Source: an uncultured Planctomycetaceae bacterium
Lineage (GTDB): Bacteria; Planctomycetota; Planctomycetia; Planctomycetales; Planctomycetaceae
Assembly (NCBI GenBank): GCA_963813715.1
Contig: CAWFAK010000008.1
Coordinates: 1-64,000 of the forward strand
DNA length: 64,000 bases
Direction: 5' to 3'
The position numbers and the translations under genes were made by a program. The notes beneath the pieces are model-generated. The model saw only the letters and a list, made by a program, of their open reading frames with translations, did no database searches and was not told the origin of the DNA. Positions 1 through 12,014 of this stretch are shown here, piece after piece (the stretch's first letter is position 1; each line of letters starts with the position of its first letter).

Positions 1-88
1 TCAATCAGGCGGAAGGGGACCAGTTTCTTTTTGACACCAGACCGCTCGATAACAACAAATTGTCTCTTGCTCATTCCCAGGAGAGATC

Positions 89-2872
89 ATGAACACGGCA
101 CGAATCTCCTCCACACGCTCATTGCAGACGATCTGCCTGACGTTGCTGCTCGGGATCGCGGCGCATTCGCTGACCCCGGCAAATGCCGATCCCCCTGCCG
201 ATCCCTCTGCAGCGCCGACGCCGAATAAGGATTTCGCAGGCACCTGGCGAGGGAAAATCAACGGCGCGGATTTCGTGTGGATCACGGACGGCCGAACGTG
301 GTCGACCTACATCGAAGGACAGCCGACGCCCTTTATTACCGGGACATTTGAGGCCGCGAACGGGCATTGGAAGACCAAGACGGCGGCCGGCCCGCTGGAC
401 GAAGGGCCATTTCATTTTATTGACGCCGACACGATTTCGATGACGGGAAGGGCGGGCCAGGAAGTCATTTGGAAGCGCACAAAAGCAGTTCCGGGCAATG
501 CGACGCCGATGAAGGCAACCCCGCCCTCCGGCCAAACGACTCCGCCGTCCGGCCAAACGATGCCGGCAACCACGGGGAATCAGCCGTCTCCATCGGCGAC
601 TTCGGCCAGCGCTCCTGTCGGGCCGGGCATCCTGGAAGATTTCGTGGAACTTCGCAAGCAAGCCCGCGCGGCGGCCGTCGGTTGGAATTCTGCGGCGGAG
701 CTCTTTCGCGTCGACTTGTGGGGCGCTATGGTGGCTCTCGCATGCGGCCCATCGGCGCGCGATTCCTTTTCTTCAGCCCCGCTGGCGCAGGAAACGCTGG
801 CGCAGGAAACGGGCTTGAGGTTCGGATCGAGCACGACACGATCCACACCAGCGCCTATCGCCTCGAAACTGCCGAGGCGCCGGTCGCCGTTCCCGAAACA
901 GTCCTTCCACCCGATGAGGCGATCCGCCGTCTTTGGGATTTGGCCCCGACTGTCCATCCCGACCAGGTGTATCTGCAATTGATCCGGCCGGGAGTCGAAA
1001 AGCCGGTTCTCGCGGACGGCGACAGCGAGCCGACTTCCTATCCATTGAATAGTTTTTTGCGAAACTTTCGGGCGCCGCTCAAAGATCAGGAAACGGACGC
1101 GACGAAGGGCCGGCTTGTTTGGCGGATGTTCGCGATTCGCGATCACGACGCGGTCATGGATCTTCCGCATGGCGCCTTCATCGCCATCGACGCCCTGAAT
1201 GGAGCCGCGCTGTCGAAACGGGCGCCGGCACTCGGCGTGCAACTCTACATGCGCTACGGGCTCACGCCCCCCTCGCCGATCGAGGCATTCCAGTTCCCCG
1301 ATGGACCAATCCCGCTCGATTCGCCCGCGGAGCAAGTCGGGACGTTCAACGCACTCGCGGTCGCCCAAAAGGCCGAGAGCATCGACCTTGGGCTGCGGGC
1401 CATGGTCCGCGACGGCCGGAGCGATGAGGAAATCCGAGCCGCCATCGACAAACTGGCAGAGTGGGCGCGACGGATCGAGCAGGTGCGAGCCGAGGATGCG
1501 GCCGACGGGATCACGGTGCTCGAGCGGGCCGCCCGGGAGAATCCCGATGACATTCGACGTCGAGCTGCCCTGTTGAAGCGCTACGTGGATGAGATCGAGC
1601 GGGATAAAAAGCGAGCGCTCGCCAGTCCCCTCGTCACCAAGATCAGCGCCAACAAGTTGAGCGAGTTTTGGCTTCCGAGGCAATTCGAAGTCACCGCCGA
1701 AGGGCTCGGCACGCGCAATCAAACGCACATGGTCCTCGATCTGCGTTCGAGAGAATGGCTCTACAAGATGGCGGACCCGCCGCATACGCGGGTCTTCTCG
1801 AAGTATCTCCGGCCGGCGATCGAAATTCTGAAGACCGCCGGCGAATCCAAGCAACGAGACTTCGACCTCGAGCGTCAAACCACGCGGCTCAATTGGCTTG
1901 TCGGCGGAAATGGTGCCGCATTGGGAAACGACGACTCGCTGAATCCCATCGACGCGCTGCAGCTGATGATTTACGCCGAGTACAACCGCGTCCGCGGCAG
2001 CGAGAATTTGTTGAGCGCCGAGCGGCTGCGCCTGCCGAAAACGTGGACGACGACGTCGCGTCGCGGGATCGGGAACGGAATGGTCGAAGTGACGACGACG
2101 ACCTTCACACGGCCGCCGACGGCAAGCGAGCTGGCCGCCGCGGATCGACTCGATGCGATGGCCAGGCTCACCGAGGCGCCGCGCGTGGCGAATGTCCAGG
2201 ATTTGGCCCTCAAACTCGATCCGCTCGACCCGCGAATCTATTACCTTTGGTCGCGCGTCGAAGCCGTCTTCTATGATTCGCAACTGGCCGATCGCATCGC
2301 GCTCCGCGGATTGATGATCGATCCCGGCTGCGCGGAGTTGCACGCCGTCCGGGTCATTGCCTGGCAGTCCAACTCGAAAGTGAACCGCGCGGAAGTTTAT
2401 TGCGCCGACAGGCTTGCACGGCAATACTCGGCCGCCGACCTGCAAGGCGGCGCAAAACTCGCCGAGCTCGACCCTCTGGCCGGATATTTTCTCTCCCTGC
2501 AGCGACTGCGGCTCGCGCCGGACGACGTCGGTTCGCACGCCATTCTGACGAGCGTGCTTCCTAAGCTGCATGGCCTGAAGATCAATGGTGTGGAAATCAT
2601 GCCGGATGCCGCTGAACAACGGCAGCGCGAGCTCGGCGTGGGGGCGGCGATGATGGCCCGGCTGCTCGATCATCCTGACGAGTGGAGCAAGGGAGTTCCC
2701 AAGGGGATGCCCGCCACACGGGAGAATCTGATCAAGAACCAGGTCAATCTGCTCGTTTTGCGGGGCGAAAGTCTCGCCTTCTTGAACCGGAAAGACGAAG
2801 CTGCGCGTGTGCTTCAAGAAAGCACTCGCACTCGACCCCGGGAACGCAGCGGCCCAAAAGGGATCCGAATGA
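89..2872 (+). CDS. Large exported hypothetical protein (signal peptide, small beta domain, P/T-rich linker, C-terminal TPR-like helices); frameshifted twice
   Basis: Signal peptide in ORF 89..982, then a switch at about 720 into the frame of ORF 469..3771. A further shift at about 2820 gives ...EALALDPGNAAAQKGSE* with TGA at 2870-2872, overlapping the next ATG (ATGA). Confidence 0.55.
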
Positions 2873-3771
2873 CGTCGAACGTGCGCCTGAGACCCCTCAC
2901 GCTTCTCTGCCTGATGTCGGCGTTCCTCTCCTGTGGACTGCGGGGAGTGGAGAGCCGTGCCGAGAACGAACTGGCCGGATCCAAAAAGAAGAAGGCATCG
3001 CCGCAGGAAATGTCTGAGGCCATTGAGAAAGTGCTCAAGCTCAAGACCGACTCCTACCACGTGTTCCTGCGCGAAGCGTCATTGCTTGCGCCGCCGCTCC
3101 TCAAGGGCCAGGACTGGTCGGACATCCAGAAACTGATGGCGAAGCACGGCTTCACCGTCGTCAAGGCTTGGGAAAATGGAGACGCGATCCACAGCCATCA
3201 TCTGGCAAAAAGAAACGCGGTCGTTTTTCCGAGTGGCTATTCACTTGACCTTCAATTTCAATTGTCCGCCCGCAACCTCGATCGCGGACGGTTCCCTGCA
3301 AAGCCCGGGAACCTCTACGCTGCCGACGTCGTCCTTGTCTCGAAAATTGCGGCCCCGTATGCAAAGGTCGTGCAAGACCGAGGGTATCCCAAGGGCTCCA
3401 TTCTCGATGCGCTCTTGACGTCCGAGAAGCTCAAGGAGGAGGGCGGAATCTGGCCCATTTTAAACAGTATCTCTGTGCATTACGGCTATATCTTTGATCG
3501 GTGGGCCGAACATAGCCCGAGCGGCTTTCACATCGCCATCGAATTTGTCGCGTCAACCAAGGAAGAGATTGGGGGTAACCAAATGTATTTTTATGCGGCG
3601 AGTGGACTGGACCCGTTGCAATCCTCGGACGGCAACGAGAAGGTGCTGGACGGTTTCGAAGCGCAAGACACGATTGAAGGCATCCGACAGGGCGGCAGTG
3701 GCGAGTGGTGGCAGGGCGAACCAAAGACAATCGAAGCCAACAAACGAAAGTACCTTAAGAAGAGGGATTAG
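2869..3771 (+). CDS. Exported hypothetical protein
   Basis: MTSNVRLRPLTLLCLMSAFLSC... signal-like N-terminus at ATG 2869, translationally coupled to the upstream stop; it forms the last 300 aa of the 1100-aa ORF. Confidence 0.6.
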   Translation: MTSNVRLRPLTLLCLMSAFLSCGLRGVESRAENELAGSKKKKASPQEMSEAIEKVLKLKTDSYHVFLREASLLAPPLLKGQDWSDIQKLMAKHGFTVVKAWENGDAIHSHHLAKRNAVVFPSGYSLDLQFQLSARNLDRGRFPAKPGNLYAADVVLVSKIAAPYAKVVQDRGYPKGSILDALLTSEKLKEEGGIWPILNSISVHYGYIFDRWAEHSPSGFHIAIEFVASTKEEIGGNQMYFYAASGLDPLQSSDGNEKVLDGFEAQDTIEGIRQGGSGEWWQGEPKTIEANKRKYLKKRD

Positions 3772-3867
3772 CCTTCGCGTTCTGGCGTCACTATTTCGGT
3801 AGCTCGGCATCTAACGAATGCATCGTGGACCGGGCATTGTTGATGCGCCAGTCATCAGGGAAAAATC

Positions 3868-4650
3868 ATGAAACTCACAGGCAAGAAGGCTCTCATCACC
3901 GGCGGGAACAGCGGCATCGGCCTGGCCACGGCCCGCCTCTTCGTCGCAGAAGGCGCTCGAGTCGCGATTACCGGCCGGGACCAGAGGACGCTGGATGAAG
4001 CAGTCGCCGAACTGGGAGCCAACGCGCGCGGCTATCGCGCCGACGTGACCGTGGCCGACGACCGGAAGCGGCTCTTCGCGGATCTTGCCAGGGATTTCGG
4101 CAAGCTGGACATCGTCTTCGCCAATGCCGGCATTTCCGCCCGGACCCCGACCGGCTCGACCGACGAGGCGATTTTTGAGAATGTCATTCGGACCAACCTC
4201 AGTGCCGCTTTTTTTACGGTGAATTCCGCTGCCCCTTTGTTGAACGAGAACGGCAGCATCATCTTTAATGGATCGGTACACAACTATCTGGGCCAACCCG
4301 GTCTGGCCGCCTATGCGGCTACGAAGGGCGGCGTTGTCTCCATGGCGCGTTCGATCGCCGCCGATCTTGCACCGCGCAACATTCGTGTGAACGTCGTGGC
4401 GCCAGGCGCGACGAAGACTCCCATTTGGCATCGCGGGTCACGCGATTCTATCTCTGCAGATGAATCCGCCAAGCTGGCCGAATCCTTCTCGTCCAGGATT
4501 CCACTGGGCCGCTGGGGTGAGCCGGAAGATCTTGCCAAAGCCGTACTTTTCCTCGCCTCAGATGACTCCTCCTACATCAACGCCATCGAACTGATGGTCG
4601 ATGGAGGCGCGACGGGCGCACCGTGGGGAGCCCCCATTTTTCACGACTAA
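3868..4650 (+). CDS. SDR family NAD(P)-dependent oxidoreductase
   Basis: TGGNSGIG, NAG, YAATK (YxxxK) and IRVNVVAPG motifs; 260 aa. Confidence 0.95.
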   Translation: MKLTGKKALITGGNSGIGLATARLFVAEGARVAITGRDQRTLDEAVAELGANARGYRADVTVADDRKRLFADLARDFGKLDIVFANAGISARTPTGSTDEAIFENVIRTNLSAAFFTVNSAAPLLNENGSIIFNGSVHNYLGQPGLAAYAATKGGVVSMARSIAADLAPRNIRVNVVAPGATKTPIWHRGSRDSISADESAKLAESFSSRIPLGRWGEPEDLAKAVLFLASDDSSYINAIELMVDGGATGAPWGAPIFHD

Positions 4651-4663
4651 CCTCGGAGAAGTC

Positions 4664-5361
4664 ATGGCAACGACCAAAATCGAAAAGCTCGAACCGGTCG
4701 ACCTGAAGCTCGAAGTCGTGGTGCTCGGCGTCTCGGACGTCGACCGCGCGAAGGCGTTCTATGTCAATCTCGGCTGGCGGCTCGACGCCGACTTCTCGAA
4801 TGGCACCGATTTCCGCATCATCCAAGTGACGCCGCCTCGCTCGCCGGCTGCGATCATCTTCGGCAAGGGGATCGTATCGCCCAAGCCTGGATCGGTGACG
4901 GCCCTGGTTCTCGCCGTGGACGACGTTGATGCGGCCCGCGATGACTTGATCGGCGCGGAGCCGCCGTGAGCGAGGTCTTCCACTTCGCCGGAGGCCCCTT
5001 CAGCTCGCTTGAGAACTCACGCGTCGGCGGGCGCGACCCGGAAGGTCAGTCCTACCGCTCGTTTGCCTCGTTCGAAGATCCCGACGGCAACGGCTGGCTG
5101 TTGCAGGAGATCAAAACGCGGCTCCCCGGCCGCGAATGGACGTCGACCGGAGCGCGACGGATCGACGTCGCAACCCTCGCAGACCTGCTTCGCGAGGCGG
5201 GAGAGCACCACGGCAACTACGAGAAGACCCACGCCGCCCATCACTGGTCGGATTGGTACGCGCCCTACGTCAGCGCGCGCCAGAACGGCAGCAGTCCGGA
5301 GGACGCGGCCGCTGCCGCCGATCGCTACATGGACGAGGTCGTCCATATTCTTCCGCGTTGA
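4664..5361 (+). CDS. VOC/glyoxalase family protein (frameshift at about 4960)
   Basis: LEVVVLGVSDVDRAKAFY ... FASFEDPDGNGWLLQE split over ORFs 4601..4969 and 4966..5361; RBS GGAG before ATG 4664. Confidence 0.85.
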
Positions 5362-5425
5362 TGCTCGGTCGCGAAGCCGGCCACAGAACGGCGAATCCGA
5401 GATTAATCCCCTTGTGGATCTTGCC

Positions 5426-6212
5426 ATGCAGTTGCCCGGCCTGCGATTGGTTGACCTGAGTGTGCCACTCGAAGACATGGCGGCCAGCGAGCCGTTGCCG
5501 GCCAAGATTCATTACGTTCGGCACGACGGCGAAGGGCTGGCGCAGATGCAGCAGTTCTTCGGCGTGACGCCGGCCGATCTCGTTTACTCCAACGGCGAGG
5601 GTTGGGCCGTCGAGCAGATCGAGGCGATCACGCACACCGGCACGCATGTCGACGCTCCCTACCACTACGGGGCGCAGTCCGCAGGTCGCCCGGCTCGAAC
5701 GATCGACGAAGTGCCGCTGGAATGGTGCTTTGCGCCCGGCGTGGTGCTCGACATGCGGCACAAAGCGTCAGGCGAATTCATCACAGTCGACGATCTGTCG
5801 CAGGCCCTCGACCGCATCGGCCATATCCTGCAGCCGCTCGACATCGTGCTCTTGCAGACGGGGGCCGACCAGCGGCTCGGCTCGGCCGCGTATTTCCGGC
5901 AGCCGGGCCTGGGACGCGAAGGCGTGTTGTGGCTGACGCAGCGCGGCGTGAAGGTGATCGGCATCGACGCCTACACGCTCGATCGGCCGTTCGCCGACAT
6001 GGTGGCCGACTTCCGCCGCACGGGCGACGGCAAATACATCTGGCCGGCCCATTTTGCGGGCCTCGACGCGGGAATACTGCCAGATCGAAAAGCTGGCCAA
6101 CCTCGACCAAATCGGCCGCCCGCACGGCTTTTTCGTCTCGTGCCTGCCGGTGAAAATCAAAGCGGCCAGCGCCGGTTGGTGCCGCGCCGTTGCTTTCGTT
6201 CCCGAGCTCTAG
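5426..6212 (+). CDS. Cyclase family (kynurenine formamidase-like) metal-dependent hydrolase; frameshift at about 6065
   Basis: HTGTHVDAP motif and VIGIDA; the shifted frame continues YCQIEKLANL...PVKIKAASAGWCRAVA to TAG at 6210-6212. Confidence 0.9.
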
Positions 6213-6389
6213 CGAGGAGCTGCGTCGCGGTGGACCGGGCACCATTGCACACTCTGGTTTCCGGTGGAAGTGCCTACTGCGCTTTCCTTCACTTGCTGCC
6301 TGAGCGTACGATTTCTAACTCCACGAGAAATAGGAGAACTTGCGTCTCTGGTTCCGTGTCACGAATGTGTGGCTCAGTGAGCGACAATT

Positions 6390-7120
6390 ATGAATCTTCA
6401 GGCTTTCCAAGCATTTGGCAAGAATGTCGACAACCTCATGGCTCTGTTCGGCTTCTTTGATGAGCGCATCCGCCAGTACAATGAGCAGGAACTGCCGCGA
6501 GTGCTAGCGATCGCCAAAGACGTGATTGCCCGCAGTGAACCATCTACTGCCCTTTCTGAATTCCCGGAGCTGGCACTTGGCATCGGCAAACATATCAGCG
6601 TGCAAGAGATAGTCGACTGGCAGTTCTGCTGGTATGTCGTTATGTATGTCACCATTACTGAGTCGTTTCTTCGGGACGCATTAGCGGAGGCGGCGGCGCA
6701 CGATGCTTCATTTATGGAAAACTCAATGCAATCGCTGGGCTACTCGGAGGTTCTCAACGGATCGGTCGATGGCCTGGCCACTTCCATGCGAGATCGTTGG
6801 GCAAAACACTTCGTTGACTCTGGAGGGCCAAGCGCCTGGCTCAAAAAATTCGCCGCTGGGGAGCTCGTGAGCTAGACGACGGTCTACGGGACACGCTTGA
6901 GGAGATGTGGGGAATACGGCACGTCGTTGTACATCGGTCAGGCCAACCGGACGAAGAGTTTCGCCGTCGACATCCGAGTATTCAGCTAAGTCGCGGCTCC
7001 ATCAAGTTGGCGAGCGAAGATGTAGTCAGGTATGGTGTGGCCGCCATCGAATTCGCTGGAAGGACGGACAAGTACCTATGCATGCGGTGCGACGCTAAGA
7101 CCACAACGCCTGCTCACTAG
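6390..7120 (+). CDS. Putative HEPN-domain protein (frameshift at about 6850)
   Basis: YVTITESFLRD helix and, after a shift near the A-run at 6843-6848, LEEMWGIRHVVVH (R-H-x3-H); visibly lower GC than its neighbours. Confidence 0.55.
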
Positions 7121-7134
7121 CCAATATCTGGTGG

Positions 7135-7459
7135 CTACGTGATCTTTCCCGCGTACGAGAAGTCCTGCAGCAGCACGTAGCGGATCACGTTGACCGCGAT
7201 GCGGATGGCGTCGTGGTATTCGTAGCCCGCGCACGATACCGACGATTGCCGCTCGAGCGCACAGCTTAAGGTCGTACTTGCTGTAGATGACGCAGTAGCG
7301 GCCGTGGAGCTGGAGCCCTTCGAGCAGCGGCTCGCCCTCTTGGAACGATGTGTCCGCCGGTTGGCCGTCTTTGTCGGCGAAGCGGTATTTTACTATGCGG
7401 TGCCGGGTGCGCCAGCCGAATCGGAATGGTGTGCCTGCGGCCGCGGACGGCTTTGTCAC
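7135..7459 (-). pseudogene. C-terminal remnant of a DUF4159-like protein
   Basis: PLLEGLQLHGRYCVIYSKYDLxCALE...CAGY...DAIRIAVNVIRY resembles the DUF4159 C-terminus; the N-terminal part is missing and one frameshift is present. Confidence 0.55.
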
Positions 7460-7462
7460 ACC

Positions 7463-9096
7463 CTACGACCGCGGGCGCGTTAGGACGCGCAGCGCGGCGA
7501 CGAGCAGCTTGCGGAAGGCCGGTTCGGCGAAGTCGTCGGGGTGGCCCAGCGATGTGTAGAACGAGTAGCCATTGTCGACGCGATGATTAATCCAGGCCAC
7601 CGGCTCCTCGGGCTGGCCGGGAATGTGGCCCAACAAGAGCCACCGGTCGTGCCGGCTAGCGGGCGGACCTTGTAGAGCGAGCCGTGCCCGACGAGCGAGT
7701 TGACCGTCGTCTTCGGCTCGCCGGTCTCTCACAACAAGACCTGAAAGATCGGATTGTGCTGGCCCTCGTCAGCCGCCGTGACCGTGACCTTGACGCCGTT
7801 GGCGTGATGGCCGACGTAATTCCCGCCGAAGACGTCGGCGTCCCACGATTCCCAAGTTTCGAGCCCGGCCGGCGGCTTGCGCCGCGGAGCGAAAAGGCGT
7901 GACTGGCCGTGCGAATGCCCAGCACCGGTTTGCCCGCGGCCACGTAATCGCGCAGGAGTTTCATCTGTGCCGGCTTGAGGGGCCGCCGCCGGACGCTGAC
8001 GAGCAGGGCGTCGGCGTCGGTGATCGTTTCGAGCCCCGGCAGGTCGGCCGGATCGGTCTGGCTGCCGAACACCAGGCTCACGCGAAACTCCTTCCCCAAT
8101 TCCTCGGCCGCGAATTTCGGCAGCGTTTTATCGGTGGAATACTCGGGCTCGGCCATCACGATCACGACTCGCGGGCGGTGGTCCTCCGAAAAGCGGAACT
8201 CTCTGCCGCCCAGAAAATCGGCGCTGGTGATCGACGGGCACCAGTGCTTTTCGATGTGCTCGACGACCAGGTCGGTCCCGGTGAAGTGGCTCACGAACGG
8301 GGCCGAGCGGGAGTTGTACATCGTGTCGGTCAGGTCGCGCATCAGGACGACATGAAAGCCCTGCTGCGACGAGCTGCCGGATGGCGAACGGCCGGCCGAG
8401 CACGCACATGTTGGCGTGCACGCCCATCACGATCACGTTCTCGATGCCCCGCTCCTTCATGAGATAGACGGCCTCGGCGCTGTCGGTGACGGCGTCGGGC
8501 GGCTCGATCTTCAAAGTCGCGATCTCGCGCGTCCACGGGCTGCCTTGCTTGCAGTGGCGGCTCGCAATCGCAACCGCCGTCGGAGTCGTCGATCGGCAGA
8601 TGGCCTTCGCGCTTGCCATCGATGCCGCAGCCCTTTTTGAGCAGGACCTTGGTGGCGACGTGCGGAGCCCGGCGGGCCCGGTCGCGCTCTGCCGTCCCTT
8701 CGTAAAACTTCATCGTGTCGCTGGGGCAGTGGATGATTAGTACTCCGCGCTTGCGGGCCGCGACGAGCACGTCGTTCATCCGCGGCGCCATCTCGGCGAC
8801 TCGCCGCGTCGCTCCCTTGCACCAATGCTCGATTCCACATATCGCAGACGACGATCGCCGTGCGGGACGGGTCCCAATCGAGCGGCTGAGTGACGGCGTT
8901 GAATTGTCCGCTGCCGGGCTTGGTCTCGACACGCGTCCGTGCGTGCAGCGTGAGCGGTGCCGTGGATGTTTCCCCGATCGCACCCGCGGCCAGACACATC
9001 TCGAACGGTCGGCTCTCCGCCCGCTTGCATTAGGAGGAACGCCGCGAACAACAGTTTTCGCGACACGCTCGCTGCGACATGGCTGGGATGCTCCAT
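7463..9096 (-). CDS. Isochorismatase-family + ThuA-like domain exported protein (several frameshifts)
   Basis: TAIVVCDMW..HWCKGA and MGVHANMCVLGRPF, then ThuA-like GKPVLGIRTASHAF and FYTSLGHPDDF, spread over successive minus-strand ORFs; start approximate. Confidence 0.8.
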
Positions 9097-9168
9097 GACC
9101 TGAGGGCGGCCAGACCGCTCCGCGGTCGTGTACGTTTTGCGAGTTACTCGGAACGTTGCTGTTCGTCC

Positions 9169-9402
9169 TCACGCATATTCATCGAAAATCCGATCGACGA
9201 ATCGTCGCACCTCCCGCTCCACTTCGTCGATGTTCCGTTTGTTCGCTGGAAGTGACATCCAGCACATTTGGATGCAGTTCCGAAGGCCAGTTTCGGTCTG
9301 TCCTGGAGGAAGGAAAGCCCTCAGCTTGTCAGAAGCTCTCTCTCCCTCGCTGGGATCGGGATCGTATGAAAAGTATGCCATTGAGCTCCCCCTAGATGGC
9401 AA
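9169..9402 (-). CDS. Small hypothetical protein
   Basis: 77-aa ORF (or 70 aa from the second Met) with protein-like helical composition, filling the intergenic gap. Confidence 0.55.
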   Translation of the reverse strand: MPSRGSSMAYFSYDPDPSEGERASDKLRAFLPPGQTETGLRNCIQMCWMSLPANKRNIDEVEREVRRFVDRIFDEYA

Positions 9403-9522
9403 GGTGACGATTCGGTCGGCGGCAGACTCTCGGAACGAGCAACGCGTGCGCCGTCGTTGTCAGACCTCGGCTGGCTTCAGTAGAATAAAAGTTTGCTTAT
9501 CCGTCGAGCGAGGGGTAGAGCG

Positions 9523-11855
9523 ATGACGCGATCGGGCTTATTTGATCGGCCGGCAGTCGGGGTCGCCGTCCTGGCCGTTGTCCGGCGTGGGGGGCGTCGC
9601 ACCGGCTGCGGTGCGGGGCGGTCCGCCCGGCGGATCCCCGTCAATCGCCGCCGTTTCGGCTGACCACCCGCGGCAAATGGCGGAGGGGCTGGCCATTTTC
9701 TCGCGGCACGTCCGCCGCTTGCTGGTCGCCCGCTGCCTGAAGTGTCACGGGGGCGAGGCCGAGGTCCAATCGGGCTTCAACCTGGCGACGCGGGAGGGGC
9801 TGCTGGCCGGTGGAACGAACGGCAAGGCCGTGATCCCCGGCAACGCGCAGCGGCAGCCGCCTCTATCGGCTGATCACGCACGCCGAAGAGCCCTACATGC
9901 CGCAGGACGCCGCCAAGCTGTCCACGGCCGAAATCGCACAGATCGCCGCCTGGATCGATCACGGAGCCCCCTACGACGAGGGACTGCTGCCGACGGCCAA
10001 GCCGAAAGAATCGTGGACCGCGCGAAGGTCGACCCGAAGGCCCGCAACTTCTGGTCGTTCCAGCCGCTCAAGATCACGCGACCGCCGGTGGAAGCCGCGG
10101 AATCCTGGTCGCTCAATCCGATCGACGCGTTCATCAAACAATCGCTCGATCGCCACAAGCTGACGCCGAATCGCCGAAGCGAGTCCGCGGGCGCTGGTGC
10201 GGCGGGTCACGTTCGATCTGATCGGCTTGCCGCCGACGGCCGCGGATCTCGACGCGTTCGAGGCGAGTCCATCGCCAGCAGCGTACGCTGCTCTGGTCGA
10301 TCGGCTCCTCGCGAGCCCGCATTACGGCAACCGCTGGGCGCGGCACTGGCTCGACCTGTCCCGCTTCGCCGAGAGCCACGGCTTCGAGCACGATTACGAT
10401 CGGCCGACTGCGTATCACTTTCGCGATTTCGTGATCCGGGCGTTTAACGACGACCTGCCCTACGACACGTTCATCCGCTGGCAATTGGCCGGCGACGAGC
10501 TGGCGCCGCACGACAGCCTGGCTCTGATGGCGACCGGCTTCCTGGCGGCCGGCGTCCACAGCACGCAGATCACCAAGAACGAAGTCGAAAAGCAGCGTTA
10601 CGACGAACTCGACGACATGCTGGCCACCACCGGCAACGCCATCCTCGGCCTGTCGGTCGGCTGCGCCCGCTGCCACGACCACAAGTTCGACCCGATCCCG
10701 CAGGCCGACTACTACCGCCTGCTGTCGGCCTTCACTACGACGGTTCGCACGGAGGTCATGCTGCCATCCGAGCCGGGACACTCGCAGCGATTGAAGGCGC
10801 TGATCGCCAGCGAAGGTCTGCCGGCGGTTCGCCTGCATACTCAAGGCGACGACTTCTTCAAGCAGACCTATTTCCTCGCGCGCGGCGATGTGAACCAGAA
10901 GAGCGGCGAGGCGCCGCTCGGCTACCTGCAGGTGCTGATGCGCTCGCCGGACCGCGAGAAACACTGGCCCGCGGAGCCGCCCAAGGGCTCGCGGACGTCG
11001 TATCGCCGCACGGCGCTGGCCGATTGGCTCACCGACACGCGGGAGGGGGCCGGGCAGCTCGTCGCGCGGGTGATCGTCAATCGCCTCTGGCAGCATCATT
11101 TCGGGCACGGCATCGTCGCCACGCCGAACGATTTCGGCACGCGGGGCGAACGGCCCTCGCATCCCGAGCTGCTCGATTGGCTCGCCGGCGAATTGATCCG
11201 TCACGGTTGGCAGCTCAAGCCGATTCAGCGGCTGATCCTGACGAGCGCCGCGTATCGCGAAAGCAGCGAGGCCGACCGCGCGAAAGAAGCCGTCGATCCG
11301 ACCAACCGCTACTTCTGGCGTCACGAGAAGCGGCGGCTCGAGGGCGAGGTCGTGCGAGACGCTCTCTTGGCCTGTGCCAATCGGCTCGACGAGCGGATGT
11401 TCGGCCCCGGCTCGCTCGACGAGGCCCAGCGCCGCCGTAGCATTTACTTCACGGTCAAGCGGAGCGAACTGGTGCCGATGATGCAGGTCTTCGACGCGCC
11501 CGAGGCGCTCTCCAGCATGGGCGACCGGCCGTCGACGACGATCGCCCCGCAGGCCCTGTTGCTGCTCAACAACGCCAACGTCCGGGCCGACGCCCGCGCC
11601 TTCGCTCGCCGGCTCTTGCCCGCGCTCGACCGATCGACCGCCGAGGCCGTCCGCCGCGGATACCGGATCGCCCTTTGCCGCGACCCGCAACCGGACGAGC
11701 TGGCCGATTCGACCGCCTTCATCGAACATCAACGTGCAAGCTGCACGAGTCCGATCCGCACGCAGCGACTGGCAACTCGTCGGCCCGCGAGCCGCGCGCT
11801 GCTCGACTTTTGCCAGGTGCTGTTGTGCCTGAATGAGTTTGTGTACGTCGATTGA
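9523..11855 (+). CDS. Planctomycete cytochrome c (PSCyt1) / DUF1549 / DUF1553 protein; frameshifts in the 5' part
   Basis: CLKCHG, WSFQP, NPIDAF, RRVTFDLIGLPP, WARHWLD, CARCHDHKFDPI, RVIVNRLWQHHFG, PSHPELLDWLA and the terminal NEFVYVD. Confidence 0.9.
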
Positions 11856-12014
11856 GGGGTTGGCAAGAGTGATTCGATAGCTGGTTGGACATTGGCGTGG
11901 AGTTCGCCTGAGCACTATTGAAACCGACGACAGCACGTGATCTGCGAAACGTCGCCCACTCGGGAAACGATATGCGTGAGTGACCCCTTCGATTCTGCCG
12001 TGATTGAGTGAGTA

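Noticed and set aside
580..3060. 826-aa minus-strand ORF
   Set aside because: Antisense to the plus-strand exported protein; no recognisable features.
469..3771. Single 1100-aa protein
   Set aside because: An internal signal peptide at 2869 and an ATGA overlap indicate two genes joined by an indel; the first 80 or so residues are out-of-frame sequence.
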